Positions 37,865-47,911 of a stretch of 64,000 nt of DNA are shown here, piece by piece. A program made the position numbers and the translations under genes. Position 1 is the first letter of the stretch. Every line of letters begins with the position of its first letter. The notes beneath the pieces were generated by a model. That model did not search any database, was not told the DNA's origin, and saw nothing but the letters and a program-made list of their open reading frames with translations. The stretch comes from Candidatus Thorarchaeota archaeon (GTDB lineage Archaea; Asgardarchaeota; Thorarchaeia; Thorarchaeales; Thorarchaeaceae), in assembly GCA_048882325.1 (NCBI GenBank), contig JBHLRS010000010.1, positions 39,745 through 103,744 on the forward strand, given 5' to 3'.

Positions 37865-40450
37865 ATGAACAAAACTAAAGCCGTGAGTGCTTTCGTTATT
37901 GCTTTGTTTATTGGATCCTCAGTAGTTGTGGGGCTGGGGATGCAATCAGTACATGCACTCAATTCTCAGAATCAAAATGTGATAGCTTCTGCTGATGGCT
38001 CTGATAACAATCATCTTCCAAAGTCCATGCTCGTGTATACTGAATTTGCCGATCAAACACGCGAGTTGCCTAACACTTTGGATGTGGTTAGAGCTAACTT
38101 CCTGAATGACTATCAAATTACAAACTTGACAAGCTATGATCATCTTTCTTCAATGATTATGAACTATGATGTGTTTCTTATTCCAGAGCAAGAGCTTCTT
38201 TCCGATGAGAATATCACAACCATTGCGACAGCATGGAGTGGAATTCTCGACAGTTTCGTCACTAATGGCGGAAATGTCATTGTGATGCCCTGCTATGGTC
38301 CACTAGCTAGTGATCCGCATGCACCGATGATACAGGTTCTAAACATGACAGGTTTCATTACCTATACTGAAGCATATGCATATCCTGGATCACCACTCAA
38401 TGTTGTGGATGCAGATGATGCACTTGCAAGAGGTATTCCATTAACATTCGCTGCAACTGATGGTACTACTCGCATCAATGGTACTGGTGGAACCACCGTT
38501 GTGGATGATGGTGTCGGACCCGTCGTAATTCACATGACAATGGGAATGGGTCATATCGCTATTCTTGGATTTGACCTATGGAATACAGCCCCTGCTCAGG
38601 AAGCAATACTTGTCAACGCCATTCAGCTCACACGACTTGTGGTATTTGATCAGTCTCACGCTGCCTATGGGTCCATCAATGCTGCTCATCTGAACTACTC
38701 ACTTGACCTTGTCAGTCAAGGATTTGCTGTTTCTGCCATGTCTACCTGGGACCCTGCCATGATTCAGATGGCTGATGTTCTCATCTTGACTACAGGAACT
38801 ATGACTTACTCTTCAGCAGAAACTGATGTAATAGAGGACTTTGTTGCATCAGGAGGTGGACTAATTGTCTACACAGACTGGGGTACATATGGCGATGAAC
38901 TAGATCCTGTTACAGAACGATTTGGTTTCGTCAGAAATAAGACTGGATATGTGCAAGACCTGAATGATACTCTTCTTTCATATACTCCCTATGATGCAGA
39001 GAACTTCGGAGTCCATTCAATTATGGTGGGCGTCTTCTCAGTGGAGCTTGATAGAGGTGGGAGTCTTGTCGACTATCCAAACAATGGAATTGCTCTGATT
39101 ACTACAGATGATGATGGAACAGCATTCTATGATGACAATTCTCCAGCAGATGGCGTTGTTGTTGCCGCTGCTGCGGGTGTTGGTCTCGGAAGAGTTGCAG
39201 TAGTCACCGATCGCAACTTCCTTTCTATCCAAACTGATCCAGATAGTGATGGAACATATACCTACTACGATGCTGATAATGAGGAATTCCTACTGAACTC
39301 AGTTCTCTGGGCCTCTGGTGCAGGTGCCGAGGAGAAATTCATTGTCTTTGATGAGTCTCATGGCCGTAACTGGTGGTTAACTCTCTCATACTTCGGGTTT
39401 GGTCAATTCCTTACCGAGAATGGTTACACCATCAGATGGATAGACAATTGGACTACAGATGCATCACTCCTAGACAAAGCAGATGCAATTATCATTCAGG
39501 ATGGTGACACCAATTATACCGCCAGTGAAATAGCTGAGATTGTCGACTATGTATCTGAGGGCGGTGGTTTAGCTTTACTTGGAGGTCAAACAATCTATGG
39601 TTTGCAGGCTGACATGGTTGGTAATGAGTTTGGTTTGGACCTCAATAACTCCGGCTACATCACTGATACAGATGACTATCTTGATGCAAGCCACCAGAAC
39701 ATTGGATACGACCAAAGCAATTTTGGTATTCATCCTATCATGAATGGTGTTGAACGGTTGGAGCTTCAGTGGACATCCGCGTTCATTAGTATCGGCGCTG
39801 GAATAAGTCTTGTCAGAACCGATTCTGATGGAACTGCAACATGGGATGACGGTACACCTGCAGATGGACTCACACTCATGACTGCTCTCGAGTACAATAT
39901 GGGTCGTGTGTTCTTCTCGGCTGACTATATATTCCCACGCTACAACTTTGACTATGATCTTGATGGAATACCTATTCTCTATGATAGCGATAACGATGTT
40001 CTCTTGCAGAATGTATTCCGTTGGCTTACTGAAAACAGAGCTCCAAGCGTAGAGGTATCTGCCCCTAACGGTGGAGAGGTCCTGAGTGGATTGGTCCTGG
40101 TTAACTGGACCGCAGTCGACTTTGACAGTGATCCACTAACCTTTGATGTCTACTACAGTGACAACGCTGGATCTGACTGGAACTTGCTTCAGTCAGGTGT
40201 GACTGGTCTGCAGTACGAATGGAACACAACTCTGCTTGATGACGGTACAGGTTACATGATTCGTGTAGAAGTATCAGATGGTATACACGCTACAATGGAT
40301 GACTCCGATGCTACATTTGAACTCGATAACCGACTCGGACCACAGCCGCCCGGTCCACTGGACCCACTCCTACTGGTTATCATTGCTGGTGGAGTTGTTG
40401 TAGTTATCATCATCGTGATCGTCTTCTCTAAGAAAGGTCGCGGTAAATAG
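37865..40450 (+). CDS. Large secreted protein with repeated class-I GATase-like (DUF4350-type) domains, Ig-like domain and TM anchor
   Basis: Signal peptide; repeats VVFDQSH/IVFDESH and FVxxGGG; APSVEVSAPNGGE Ig domain; C-terminal TM and KKGRGK. Confidence 0.8.
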   Translation: MNKTKAVSAFVIALFIGSSVVVGLGMQSVHALNSQNQNVIASADGSDNNHLPKSMLVYTEFADQTRELPNTLDVVRANFLNDYQITNLTSYDHLSSMIMNYDVFLIPEQELLSDENITTIATAWSGILDSFVTNGGNVIVMPCYGPLASDPHAPMIQVLNMTGFITYTEAYAYPGSPLNVVDADDALARGIPLTFAATDGTTRINGTGGTTVVDDGVGPVVIHMTMGMGHIAILGFDLWNTAPAQEAILVNAIQLTRLVVFDQSHAAYGSINAAHLNYSLDLVSQGFAVSAMSTWDPAMIQMADVLILTTGTMTYSSAETDVIEDFVASGGGLIVYTDWGTYGDELDPVTERFGFVRNKTGYVQDLNDTLLSYTPYDAENFGVHSIMVGVFSVELDRGGSLVDYPNNGIALITTDDDGTAFYDDNSPADGVVVAAAAGVGLGRVAVVTDRNFLSIQTDPDSDGTYTYYDADNEEFLLNSVLWASGAGAEEKFIVFDESHGRNWWLTLSYFGFGQFLTENGYTIRWIDNWTTDASLLDKADAIIIQDGDTNYTASEIAEIVDYVSEGGGLALLGGQTIYGLQADMVGNEFGLDLNNSGYITDTDDYLDASHQNIGYDQSNFGIHPIMNGVERLELQWTSAFISIGAGISLVRTDSDGTATWDDGTPADGLTLMTALEYNMGRVFFSADYIFPRYNFDYDLDGIPILYDSDNDVLLQNVFRWLTENRAPSVEVSAPNGGEVLSGLVLVNWTAVDFDSDPLTFDVYYSDNAGSDWNLLQSGVTGLQYEWNTTLLDDGTGYMIRVEVSDGIHATMDDSDATFELDNRLGPQPPGPLDPLLLVIIAGGVVVVIIIVIVFSKKGRGK

Positions 40451-40461
40451 TAGGTTGAAAT

Positions 40462-40507
40462 GGATTTGAGAGGATTCACAGTCCTCTCAGGTCCTATACT
40501 CTTTTTT
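40462..40507 (+). terminator. Hairpin plus T-tract terminator
   Basis: GGATTTGAGAGGAT-TCACA-GTCCTCTCAGGTCC, then CTTTTTT. Confidence 0.65.
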
Positions 40508-40539
40508 GTACGATGGATTAAAAAGATTGAATCCAGAAC

Positions 40540-41292
40540 TTGAACCTGAGGGACATGCCTCTGGCAAAAAGTGACATTCTCCGACGCGATTTCCAACATG
40601 GCAAAGTTGCATACGGTTTTCAGTGGAATACTACGCACCACAAGAATCTTGGAAATAAGGAAGGCGATTTGGCATCACTCTGGGCTCACTTGAATTCAAT
40701 CCTTAGTGGTAAAGTCCCTGCAAATCCATTCTCAGACCCATTCTTTACAAGAGCCTCCCGGTTGCGCTTCGCTGAAATGTCAAAATCCGCAAAGGTAGGA
40801 TTTAGGAAGAAACTCATTAGATCAGGATCGCTTGCGTTTCATGTAGATTCAGATCTGGTGAATATGCTTCGAGATTTTCACCGATCCAGGAACGACCTGA
40901 GCTATAGTGCAGACCATAGCATATTGAAAGAGTTCATTTTGAAAGATCCTTATGCAATTGCTATAGAAGTACCTGTCTGGTCGGATCGATACAAGATGAC
41001 AGGTCATGTTGATCTCATTCGGTACATTGATGGAGTGATTCATGTTTGTGACTACAAGCCAGGTCCTCTTGAAAGAACAAAGAGTAGATTCATGGATTCT
41101 ATCCCCCAAGTTTCTGCCTATGGGGAAATGTTGACCCATCATCTAGCAAACACGCTTCGTTCTGCTTTTGAAGCTCCATTATTACCAAACCTAAGATGCT
41201 GTATCTTTGACACTCATTCATGCTGGAATTTTGGTGCTGAGATGTTTGTACAACTTGAAACAATGGGAATGATAACTGGCCTTCAGGCCTGA
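40540..41292 (+). CDS. PD-(D/E)XK (RecB-like) nuclease domain protein
   Basis: E...GHVDLI...CDYK...QVSAY motif series. Confidence 0.8.
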   Translation: MNLRDMPLAKSDILRRDFQHGKVAYGFQWNTTHHKNLGNKEGDLASLWAHLNSILSGKVPANPFSDPFFTRASRLRFAEMSKSAKVGFRKKLIRSGSLAFHVDSDLVNMLRDFHRSRNDLSYSADHSILKEFILKDPYAIAIEVPVWSDRYKMTGHVDLIRYIDGVIHVCDYKPGPLERTKSRFMDSIPQVSAYGEMLTHHLANTLRSAFEAPLLPNLRCCIFDTHSCWNFGAEMFVQLETMGMITGLQA

Positions 41293-42119
41293 CCATTCTT
41301 CAATATAGTCATTTTTACTTCCTCTTCAACTGAAGGAGCTTGTGAGGCTATTCCACTCCACTTCAGTTGCATTGTGGGTCTCTCTGAAACAATTCCCTCA
41401 CGAACCCTTGAGAAATAGTGTTCAGATAGAGTCCCGAAATTCCCTAACGCTGGATCAACAGGTATCCACCCATTCCTTTCGAGAAACATTTCACACCAAG
41501 CATGAGGTTCTGGTTCTGGACCACCCCTATAGTAGTGACCAACGATTCTCCTGGCTGGTATTCTCACAGCTCTTAGCAGCGCGATGAACAAGTCTGCATG
41601 TTCATCACAGTCGCCTTCCTTTTCTCGGATTGCACGTGCAGCTCCCTTTCGCTCCTCAAGATGCGTCTTGAGCTTCAGACTCTCGTGAACCATCTGATAT
41701 ACTAGCCGTGCATAAGACTCATCATCACCAGTTCGTTCAGCTGCTTGTTGAGACATCTCTTGAATCATAGGATCCTCAATCTCCCAATACTTCTGCATGG
41801 AGCAGTATACTCCTCTTGTTCTAGCAATATGCTCCTCAGTTGAGGTTCGAGATTCCATCAACCAGTCTCTCGTGATTGTGTCAATCCGAAGGACAACAGT
41901 GGGAGAAAAACTCTCACCAGGATATAGTTCTGGAACCTTTAGCACAGCAACCATGTTTTTCTCTGCTTTCTCAGTGACCCTCGCGGGTGGGAATACATCA
42001 ATCATCTCGACAAATTGGTTCTCTATGTCAGTAAACAGGTGCCATACCATCATTCCTCTTTTCAACTTCGATGAACTTCGATTGTGAACATTTGCTTGCA
42101 TCTCAATCTTAAGGCGCAT
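41283..42119 (-). CDS. Transglutaminase-like cysteine protease domain protein
   Basis: GDCDEHA, HAWCE and WIPVDP catalytic motifs. Confidence 0.88.
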   Translation of the reverse strand: MRLKIEMQANVHNRSSSKLKRGMMVWHLFTDIENQFVEMIDVFPPARVTEKAEKNMVAVLKVPELYPGESFSPTVVLRIDTITRDWLMESRTSTEEHIARTRGVYCSMQKYWEIEDPMIQEMSQQAAERTGDDESYARLVYQMVHESLKLKTHLEERKGAARAIREKEGDCDEHADLFIALLRAVRIPARRIVGHYYRGGPEPEPHAWCEMFLERNGWIPVDPALGNFGTLSEHYFSRVREGIVSERPTMQLKWSGIASQAPSVEEEVKMTILKNGQA

Positions 42120-42229
42120 GATGGTTTCACTGGCTCCTAGAGGATAAGGGCTTAACTCGAATAGATTTATGTATTGTCTGACTAACTAACCATCAGTCCT
42201 TTTGGATATGAGGAACACGAGGTTTTCGC

Positions 42230-43669
42230 ATGGCAAAAGATCCTGACAAAAAACCCTCTGGCGAAAAAGGCGTTGTAGATGATCTACTCACCGAACTTGG
42301 TGTAGATGATGAGATGAGGCAAGAACTCATAGATTCAGGCAGAATGACTAGTGATGTCATGAGAGTTGAATCTGCAGACCAGGTGCGCCGAAGAATGGAG
42401 ATTGACAAAAGCATAGAGCGGTTGCAGGACAGTATTGGTCTACTTGAACGAAACATCATGACTGTTGATGGAGCTATAGATCGAATTGAACGAGACCTTG
42501 TTCCAGTAGTTCTTTCATTCCTAGTTGGGTTGAAAGGCAATCTGGTTAGCATGAGGGGTGATATTGTTTCACGAAGCAAACGAGCAGCGAAGACAAATCT
42601 ACAGGTTACCTACATCGATAATGATGTGAAACCAATCGTTGATGAAGAGTTTTACCGAGTGGAAGAGTCATTGACATCAGGAATGTCGACACCTATCCTT
42701 GAGAAGCTTAGGGACCTTACAGAAGCATTGAAGGATTCGATGAAGATCACAGTGGAAGAACTGTCCACATTGAAATCAAACATTGATGATTTCACCCAAC
42801 GTTCCTCAACAGAAGTGGAATTCCTATCATCTGAGCTCGGCATGAAACCAAAAGTCGAAATTCCAAAAGACATTGCTGACAAGATGAAATTACTTGAGCG
42901 ACGAATAGAAGAGCTCACACAGGAACTAAGTATAACTCAACAGAAAGTTTCGACCAGAGAGTCTGAGATTGAGAATCTTCGCAAGGACAATGCATCACTG
43001 AAAGTAATCAATGAGGAGGTAGAGGAAGAACTTGCGAAGCTCAAGGCAGCACCTCAGACCGATGTTGAAGTATTATCGGAACTACGAGCCAATGTCAAGA
43101 CACTTGAATCAACACGTGAACTCCTTGAAGAGAAAGTGACTGAGCTTGAAACCAGAGCTGCCAGTGCTGAACAGAGGAGTAAGGAGTACTCTGGTGATAT
43201 TGCGAAGAAGGATCTTGAGATTGGCGATTTGAAAACAAAGATCCGCCAACTCGAGGATGAGAAAGCCAAGACTGCAGACCGTCTTACTGAGATGGAAGAG
43301 ATACGCGCTCGCCTTCGGTCATTTGAGTCTGGTGACAAAGCACGAGAACTTGAAAGACTCAAGACCGAACATGAGCGAGCAACAGCCAATCTTGAGAGGG
43401 CTCAAAATGACTTGACTGAAGTTCGAGCCAAACTTGAACACACTCAAGAAACGCTCGAGGGCTACCTAGACCTTATGGATAGCACCGAAAAGACCAAAGC
43501 TTTCTTGATGGTGGAGGAACATGGACAGATGTCCATACGTGAGATAGCTAGATCTTTAGGAGTGGCTCCCGCAATCGTTATGAAATGGGCAGACGAGTTC
43601 CAAACCCTTGGAATAGCATGGGTAGTTGATGGTCAAAATCTTGTTCATCGAGACTTTAAGAAGGAATAG
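42230..43669 (+). CDS. Long coiled-coil protein with C-terminal winged helix
   Basis: Extended heptad E/K/L-rich region; MSIREIARSLGV HTH at the end; no Walker motifs. Confidence 0.8.
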   Translation: MAKDPDKKPSGEKGVVDDLLTELGVDDEMRQELIDSGRMTSDVMRVESADQVRRRMEIDKSIERLQDSIGLLERNIMTVDGAIDRIERDLVPVVLSFLVGLKGNLVSMRGDIVSRSKRAAKTNLQVTYIDNDVKPIVDEEFYRVEESLTSGMSTPILEKLRDLTEALKDSMKITVEELSTLKSNIDDFTQRSSTEVEFLSSELGMKPKVEIPKDIADKMKLLERRIEELTQELSITQQKVSTRESEIENLRKDNASLKVINEEVEEELAKLKAAPQTDVEVLSELRANVKTLESTRELLEEKVTELETRAASAEQRSKEYSGDIAKKDLEIGDLKTKIRQLEDEKAKTADRLTEMEEIRARLRSFESGDKARELERLKTEHERATANLERAQNDLTEVRAKLEHTQETLEGYLDLMDSTEKTKAFLMVEEHGQMSIREIARSLGVAPAIVMKWADEFQTLGIAWVVDGQNLVHRDFKKE

Positions 43670-43677
43670 CTTCACCA

Positions 43678-44136
43678 CTAGACAACTGGTTTAACTTTCT
43701 TGAGAAATCTCACTACTTCAAGGAGGCCTTCAATTCGTAGGGCGTCATTGTACAAAGCTTCAATCTCAGTGATTTTGAGATCGTAGTTGTCTAGATATAC
43801 TTTGACTGCTGGACGAAGGACCTTATCCAGATACTTTGCTCTCAACTTCTTCAACGCACTGATAACTTGAGAATCAATCTGTCCTATTTCAACTGCTTTT
43901 CTCAAAGTTTCAAGATATTCTTCGCAGTCTTCACGAGTTGTAAAATCCGTGTTTACTTCTTTTAGTGTTTGTTTCGCAAGTTCAACTGTCAGACTTGTTG
44001 CTCGACTGTAGTTTCGAACGGCGAGGTACTTAGTTTCAGAACAGCGATTAAGAAATGACCTACTTTTGTCTGATGTAAGATTGAACAGTCCACCTAACCT
44101 CTCTAGTTCCTTTGGCCCTGGCATTTGCGAAACCAA
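43678..44136 (-). CDS. Hypothetical helical protein
   Basis: 152-aa ORF filling the gap between genes. Confidence 0.6.
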   Translation of the reverse strand: MVSQMPGPKELERLGGLFNLTSDKSRSFLNRCSETKYLAVRNYSRATSLTVELAKQTLKEVNTDFTTREDCEEYLETLRKAVEIGQIDSQVISALKKLRAKYLDKVLRPAVKVYLDNYDLKITEIEALYNDALRIEGLLEVVRFLKKVKPVV

Positions 44137-44165
44137 TCAGTAGTTTGTAACTTCTCCTTTTAACG

Positions 44166-45278
44166 ATGACTACTCCAAATCCCTTACTACACCGTAAAGG
44201 GGATAAGACCTCAATCTTTTTCCAAGATGAAATGAGAGAAGCTGCATTATATTCTACCTTGAAAAGTGGTATTCGATGCGACCTCTGCGCGAGACGTTGT
44301 GTTATACATGATGGTGAAACAGGTTTCTGCAGAGTGCGGACAGCTAAAGATGGAAAGCTATACTCAACTGTATATGGTCTAATTGATGGTATGGCACCCG
44401 ATCCAATTGAGAAAAAACCACTTTTTCATTTTGCACCAGGGAGTAGTGCATTCTCAATTAGTACATCGTCCTGTAATTTTAGGTGTGAGTTTTGTCTTAA
44501 CTATCACTCTTCACATAGAGAAACTCCAGTGGGAAATAGACTTGAACCAGAAGAGATTGTAGAACTTGCTAAGAGGTATGACTGCGCTGGAATTACCTAT
44601 ACATATACGGAACCAACAATATTCATGGAGCTAGCGCATGACACTGCAGCATTAGCGAATAATGAAGGAATGTTCAATACTTTTGTTACCAATGGGTATA
44701 TGACACAAGAAGCGATCGATTACATCGCCCCATATCTTGATGCAGCCTCGGTCAACTTCAAAGGAAGCGGGAACAAGAAATTCTACAAGGAATTGATGTC
44801 AGTTCCAAAGGTCGAACCTATCTTTAATGCAATGTTAGCCATGAAGGAGAAGGGAATCTTTATCGAGATCACGAATCTAATTATTCCTGAAGTTGGGGAC
44901 TCAATTGAGGACACAACAAACATGGCAAGTTGGGTTGTAGATAATCTGGGAGACTGTACTCCTTTTCACTTGACTGCATTCGCGCCTACATTCAAGATGA
45001 CTCACCTTCCCAGGACACCAGCGGCAACTCTTGAGAAACATATCAATGCTGCTAAAGATGCAGGACTAGTCTTTGTATATTCTGGGAATATCGCGGGACA
45101 TGATTATGAGAATACTTACTGCCCAGAGTGTGGTTTTAAAGCAGTGGAACGTTATTCTGTTTATCTCAACCGCAATAATCTGGATAAGGATGGACATTGT
45201 CCCAAATGTAAGGCTAATCTTAACATTGCAGGGGTTGAATGGATGGTTCAAGGCAAGGGGAAATTCAAGAGATTCTGA
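44166..45278 (+). CDS. amrS: AmmeMemoRadiSam system radical SAM enzyme
   Basis: CDLCARRC...GFCRVR, DPIEKKPLFHF, CNFRCEFC, YTYTEP, TNG, C-terminal CxxC pairs. Confidence 0.9.
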   Translation: MTTPNPLLHRKGDKTSIFFQDEMREAALYSTLKSGIRCDLCARRCVIHDGETGFCRVRTAKDGKLYSTVYGLIDGMAPDPIEKKPLFHFAPGSSAFSISTSSCNFRCEFCLNYHSSHRETPVGNRLEPEEIVELAKRYDCAGITYTYTEPTIFMELAHDTAALANNEGMFNTFVTNGYMTQEAIDYIAPYLDAASVNFKGSGNKKFYKELMSVPKVEPIFNAMLAMKEKGIFIEITNLIIPEVGDSIEDTTNMASWVVDNLGDCTPFHLTAFAPTFKMTHLPRTPAATLEKHINAAKDAGLVFVYSGNIAGHDYENTYCPECGFKAVERYSVYLNRNNLDKDGHCPKCKANLNIAGVEWMVQGKGKFKRF

Positions 45279-45285
45279 GGTCATC

Positions 45286-46182
45286 ATGGTGCAAATTGTA
45301 GACACAGCTTGGAGATCTCTAGAGGATGGAACCTATGAATCAGGACTTCGTATATGGAGAGATGGGATGGAAACTCTTGATTTCCTTCCCGTAGCTCCCG
45401 GTAAACATCTCAATTGGGCGTTCAGGGGTCCCAAACGTTGTGTTGGGAATATAGACCCTTCTGGAAAGTATGTCAAGTGTCCTGAGGACGCAATCATACT
45501 TCGTCAAGGGGCTCGATGTGGTCCTTGTTCTGCCATAGATTTCTATGATCCTTGCATTAGATGTGATGGTCGTACCTGTTTGGCATCAGAGGCTCGAAAG
45601 ACTCAGTGTGATGTTTCAGATTATGCAATCTATGTAGTCCTGTTCAATGATTCAACCATCAAGGTTGGTGTTTCATCAGCTGGACGGGTTCAGCTGAGGT
45701 GGATTGAACAAGGCGCTGACTATGGAGGCATTATCACACAGGTAACAGGCGGTAGAAAGGCTAGGCGCCTAGAAGATCGTATTGGAAAACGGGCTAATGT
45801 GACCAAGGTCGTTAGAGCTGAGAGGAAAATCAAGAGTCTTCAGGATTCACTAAATATCGAAGCCGCACAAACACTTGTTGATGATTTCATTGTTGGGATC
45901 GAACACTTGGAGCTGGGCACTGAGGTAAAACTAGAAGACTTGTCCAAATACTATTCACTTCCCATCTTAGAAACAAAACCCAAACCATGGAGAAAGAGGT
46001 CTGAACCTATTGACCAACGATCACTTGTTGGAGATGTGGTCGGAATGAAAGGATCACTCCTAGTAACCAGAATTGCGAGTTCTTGCACAGTGATTGATTT
46101 ACGTCAGGTAATTGGATATAGCTTAGAATCAGATGGGGATATTACCATGGTAACACAGAGTGGTCTAATGGATTACTTCTAA
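45286..46182 (+). CDS. DUF2797-like Cys-rich protein with C-terminal PIP-like motif
   Basis: RCVG...CP...CxxC...CxxC, IKVGVS...RWIEQGA; ends QSGLMDYF; start at ATG 45286 after GAGG. Confidence 0.75.
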   Translation: MVQIVDTAWRSLEDGTYESGLRIWRDGMETLDFLPVAPGKHLNWAFRGPKRCVGNIDPSGKYVKCPEDAIILRQGARCGPCSAIDFYDPCIRCDGRTCLASEARKTQCDVSDYAIYVVLFNDSTIKVGVSSAGRVQLRWIEQGADYGGIITQVTGGRKARRLEDRIGKRANVTKVVRAERKIKSLQDSLNIEAAQTLVDDFIVGIEHLELGTEVKLEDLSKYYSLPILETKPKPWRKRSEPIDQRSLVGDVVGMKGSLLVTRIASSCTVIDLRQVIGYSLESDGDITMVTQSGLMDYF

Positions 46183-46217
46183 CAAGGTTATTTAGGGCAT
46201 CAGCTAGTCGGATAGAT

Positions 46218-47087
46218 GTGAACGAAACCACTGAGGAAAAGGCAGAAGTCCGCTATCTCTCTCTTGTTCGAAAAGAAGGGGGCGAACCCATTATTGGCAT
46301 TCCATATAGAGCAATGTCAGTGGACCCTGACCTTGTTGCTAGTTTCGTTCTAGCAGTTATCATCTTCGAGAATCGGCAGCTGAAGACCTTCGTAAAGGAA
46401 GGGTATGTTGTGGTGATCGAAGAAGGCGAGCATGTGGTTGGTCTGCTTATTGTGGACAAAGTGGAGGACGATAAACCCTACAGGAACAACCTGATTAATA
46501 TTGTAGAGAAATTTGAAACCACATATCAGCAGCAACTTGTGGCATGGAAAGGTGACATCCGACCATTCAGAGAATATGCATTAGAGATTCTACAAGTGTA
46601 TCCCTATCGGACATTTGACTACAAGCTGATACCACGTTTAGTGTCGAAGTCTGAGGCAACTCCTGATCATCAGGCCACCATTCCATGGAGTGTTGGTGAA
46701 ACTGATGAAAAACTCCAAGTTGTCTTAGGCTACATTAACGGTAAACGAACCATAGAGGAAATCATGAAACAGTCTGAATTCGAGGACTCCGAGATATTGG
46801 CAATCCTATCTATGCTAGACAAGTACAAATGGATAACTCTGACAAGGCGTCTAGAGGATAGTTCGATCTTAACTAAAATCATGGACCCGCCGATGTTCTT
46901 ACTCGGTGTTTATGGCGACCAATTGACCAAACTTGTGGAGCAAATTGATGGCAAGAAAACTCTCTCGAGAATTTGTGAGCTTCTTCCATTCAACATGGAG
47001 GCTGTGAAAACAGTAGCAAATAGACTCATTGATGCTGGTGTATTGGGCTATGTTGATACACCTGCAAGCAATATGGAGGTCAAGTGA
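46218..47087 (+). CDS. Longin-like domain plus two winged helices (NPRL2/NPRL3-like), paralog A
   Basis: DPDLVASFVLAV helix followed by a beta-meander; wHTH repeats INGKRTIEEI and IDGKKTLSRI. Confidence 0.7.
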   Translation: MNETTEEKAEVRYLSLVRKEGGEPIIGIPYRAMSVDPDLVASFVLAVIIFENRQLKTFVKEGYVVVIEEGEHVVGLLIVDKVEDDKPYRNNLINIVEKFETTYQQQLVAWKGDIRPFREYALEILQVYPYRTFDYKLIPRLVSKSEATPDHQATIPWSVGETDEKLQVVLGYINGKRTIEEIMKQSEFEDSEILAILSMLDKYKWITLTRRLEDSSILTKIMDPPMFLLGVYGDQLTKLVEQIDGKKTLSRICELLPFNMEAVKTVANRLIDAGVLGYVDTPASNMEVK

Positions 47088-47909
47088 ATGGCATTGGATG
47101 TATCAAAGGTGCGATATATCTCTCTAATCCGAATGGAGGGTGGAGAATCCGTACTGAATATACCATATGCTGAGCTCACAGTCGATCCAGATCTGATTGC
47201 AGGTTTCGTCACCGCGGTCATTATTTTTGCGAAGACTCCCATTAGGACTATCCGAAAAGCTGCATACGACATCCTTATCGAAGTCGGAGAAAGTGTGCTT
47301 GTCTTACTTGTTGTGGACCCTGTCCCTGATGAAACACCTTACAGAGAGAAACTCAAACGTATTCTCACGCAAGTTGAGTCTGAACACGGAGAAAAACTGA
47401 AACACTTTGAGGGGGACATTCGAAGATTCCGAGAATTTGCACTTGCCATTGTGAAGGAATTTCCCTTCTCATCAGTCGATTTGGACCTCGTGCCAACTAG
47501 GAAAGAAAATGGTGTGCGAATCCCTTTCAGAGTCGGGGCTGTTGATCATGACCTCGAACAGATAGAGTCTTTCATTAACAATAAACGCACCGTGGCTGAA
47601 ATAATGGACCTCATTGGATTCTCAGATGAGAAAGTCATGGCACTCATCTCCATTCTTGATAGATACCAATGGATTGAATTCAAGACACGACTCACTGAAG
47701 AAGACACGTTAGTAAGAGCTGACTGTCCAGAGATGAAACTTGAAATGTTGAAATCTCAATACGGTAAACCCCTCGAAGACATCTTGGAGAAATTTGACGG
47801 AACGATGAAGATTAAAGAGGTGGCTGAGTCTCTTCCTTACGATCAGAGAGCTCTTTGGTTTCTGATTAACAAGATGGTTGAGGTTGGGTGTCTTAAAGTC
47901 AAGAAATGA
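47088..47909 (+). CDS. Longin-like domain plus two winged helices (NPRL2/NPRL3-like), paralog B
   Basis: DPDLIAGFVTAV; INNKRTVAEI and FDGTMKIKEV; abuts paralog A. Confidence 0.7.
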   Translation: MALDVSKVRYISLIRMEGGESVLNIPYAELTVDPDLIAGFVTAVIIFAKTPIRTIRKAAYDILIEVGESVLVLLVVDPVPDETPYREKLKRILTQVESEHGEKLKHFEGDIRRFREFALAIVKEFPFSSVDLDLVPTRKENGVRIPFRVGAVDHDLEQIESFINNKRTVAEIMDLIGFSDEKVMALISILDRYQWIEFKTRLTEEDTLVRADCPEMKLEMLKSQYGKPLEDILEKFDGTMKIKEVAESLPYDQRALWFLINKMVEVGCLKVKK

Positions 47910-47911
47910 CC

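Noticed and set aside
40540-41292. Cas4 / CRISPR system
   Set aside because: RecB-like motifs are present but not the Cas4 four-Cys Fe-S pattern; no cas genes or repeat-spacer array seen.
42230-43669. SMC/Rad50 or Wadjet JetC
   Set aside because: No Walker A/B, signature motif or hinge; coiled coil and wHTH only.
45073-45285. N-terminal extension of the DUF2797-like ORF (similar extensions at 54572-54787, 37748-37864, 27762-27860, 16149-16208)
   Set aside because: They overlap neighbouring genes or promoters, and downstream ATGs fit the domain starts, usually with an SD.
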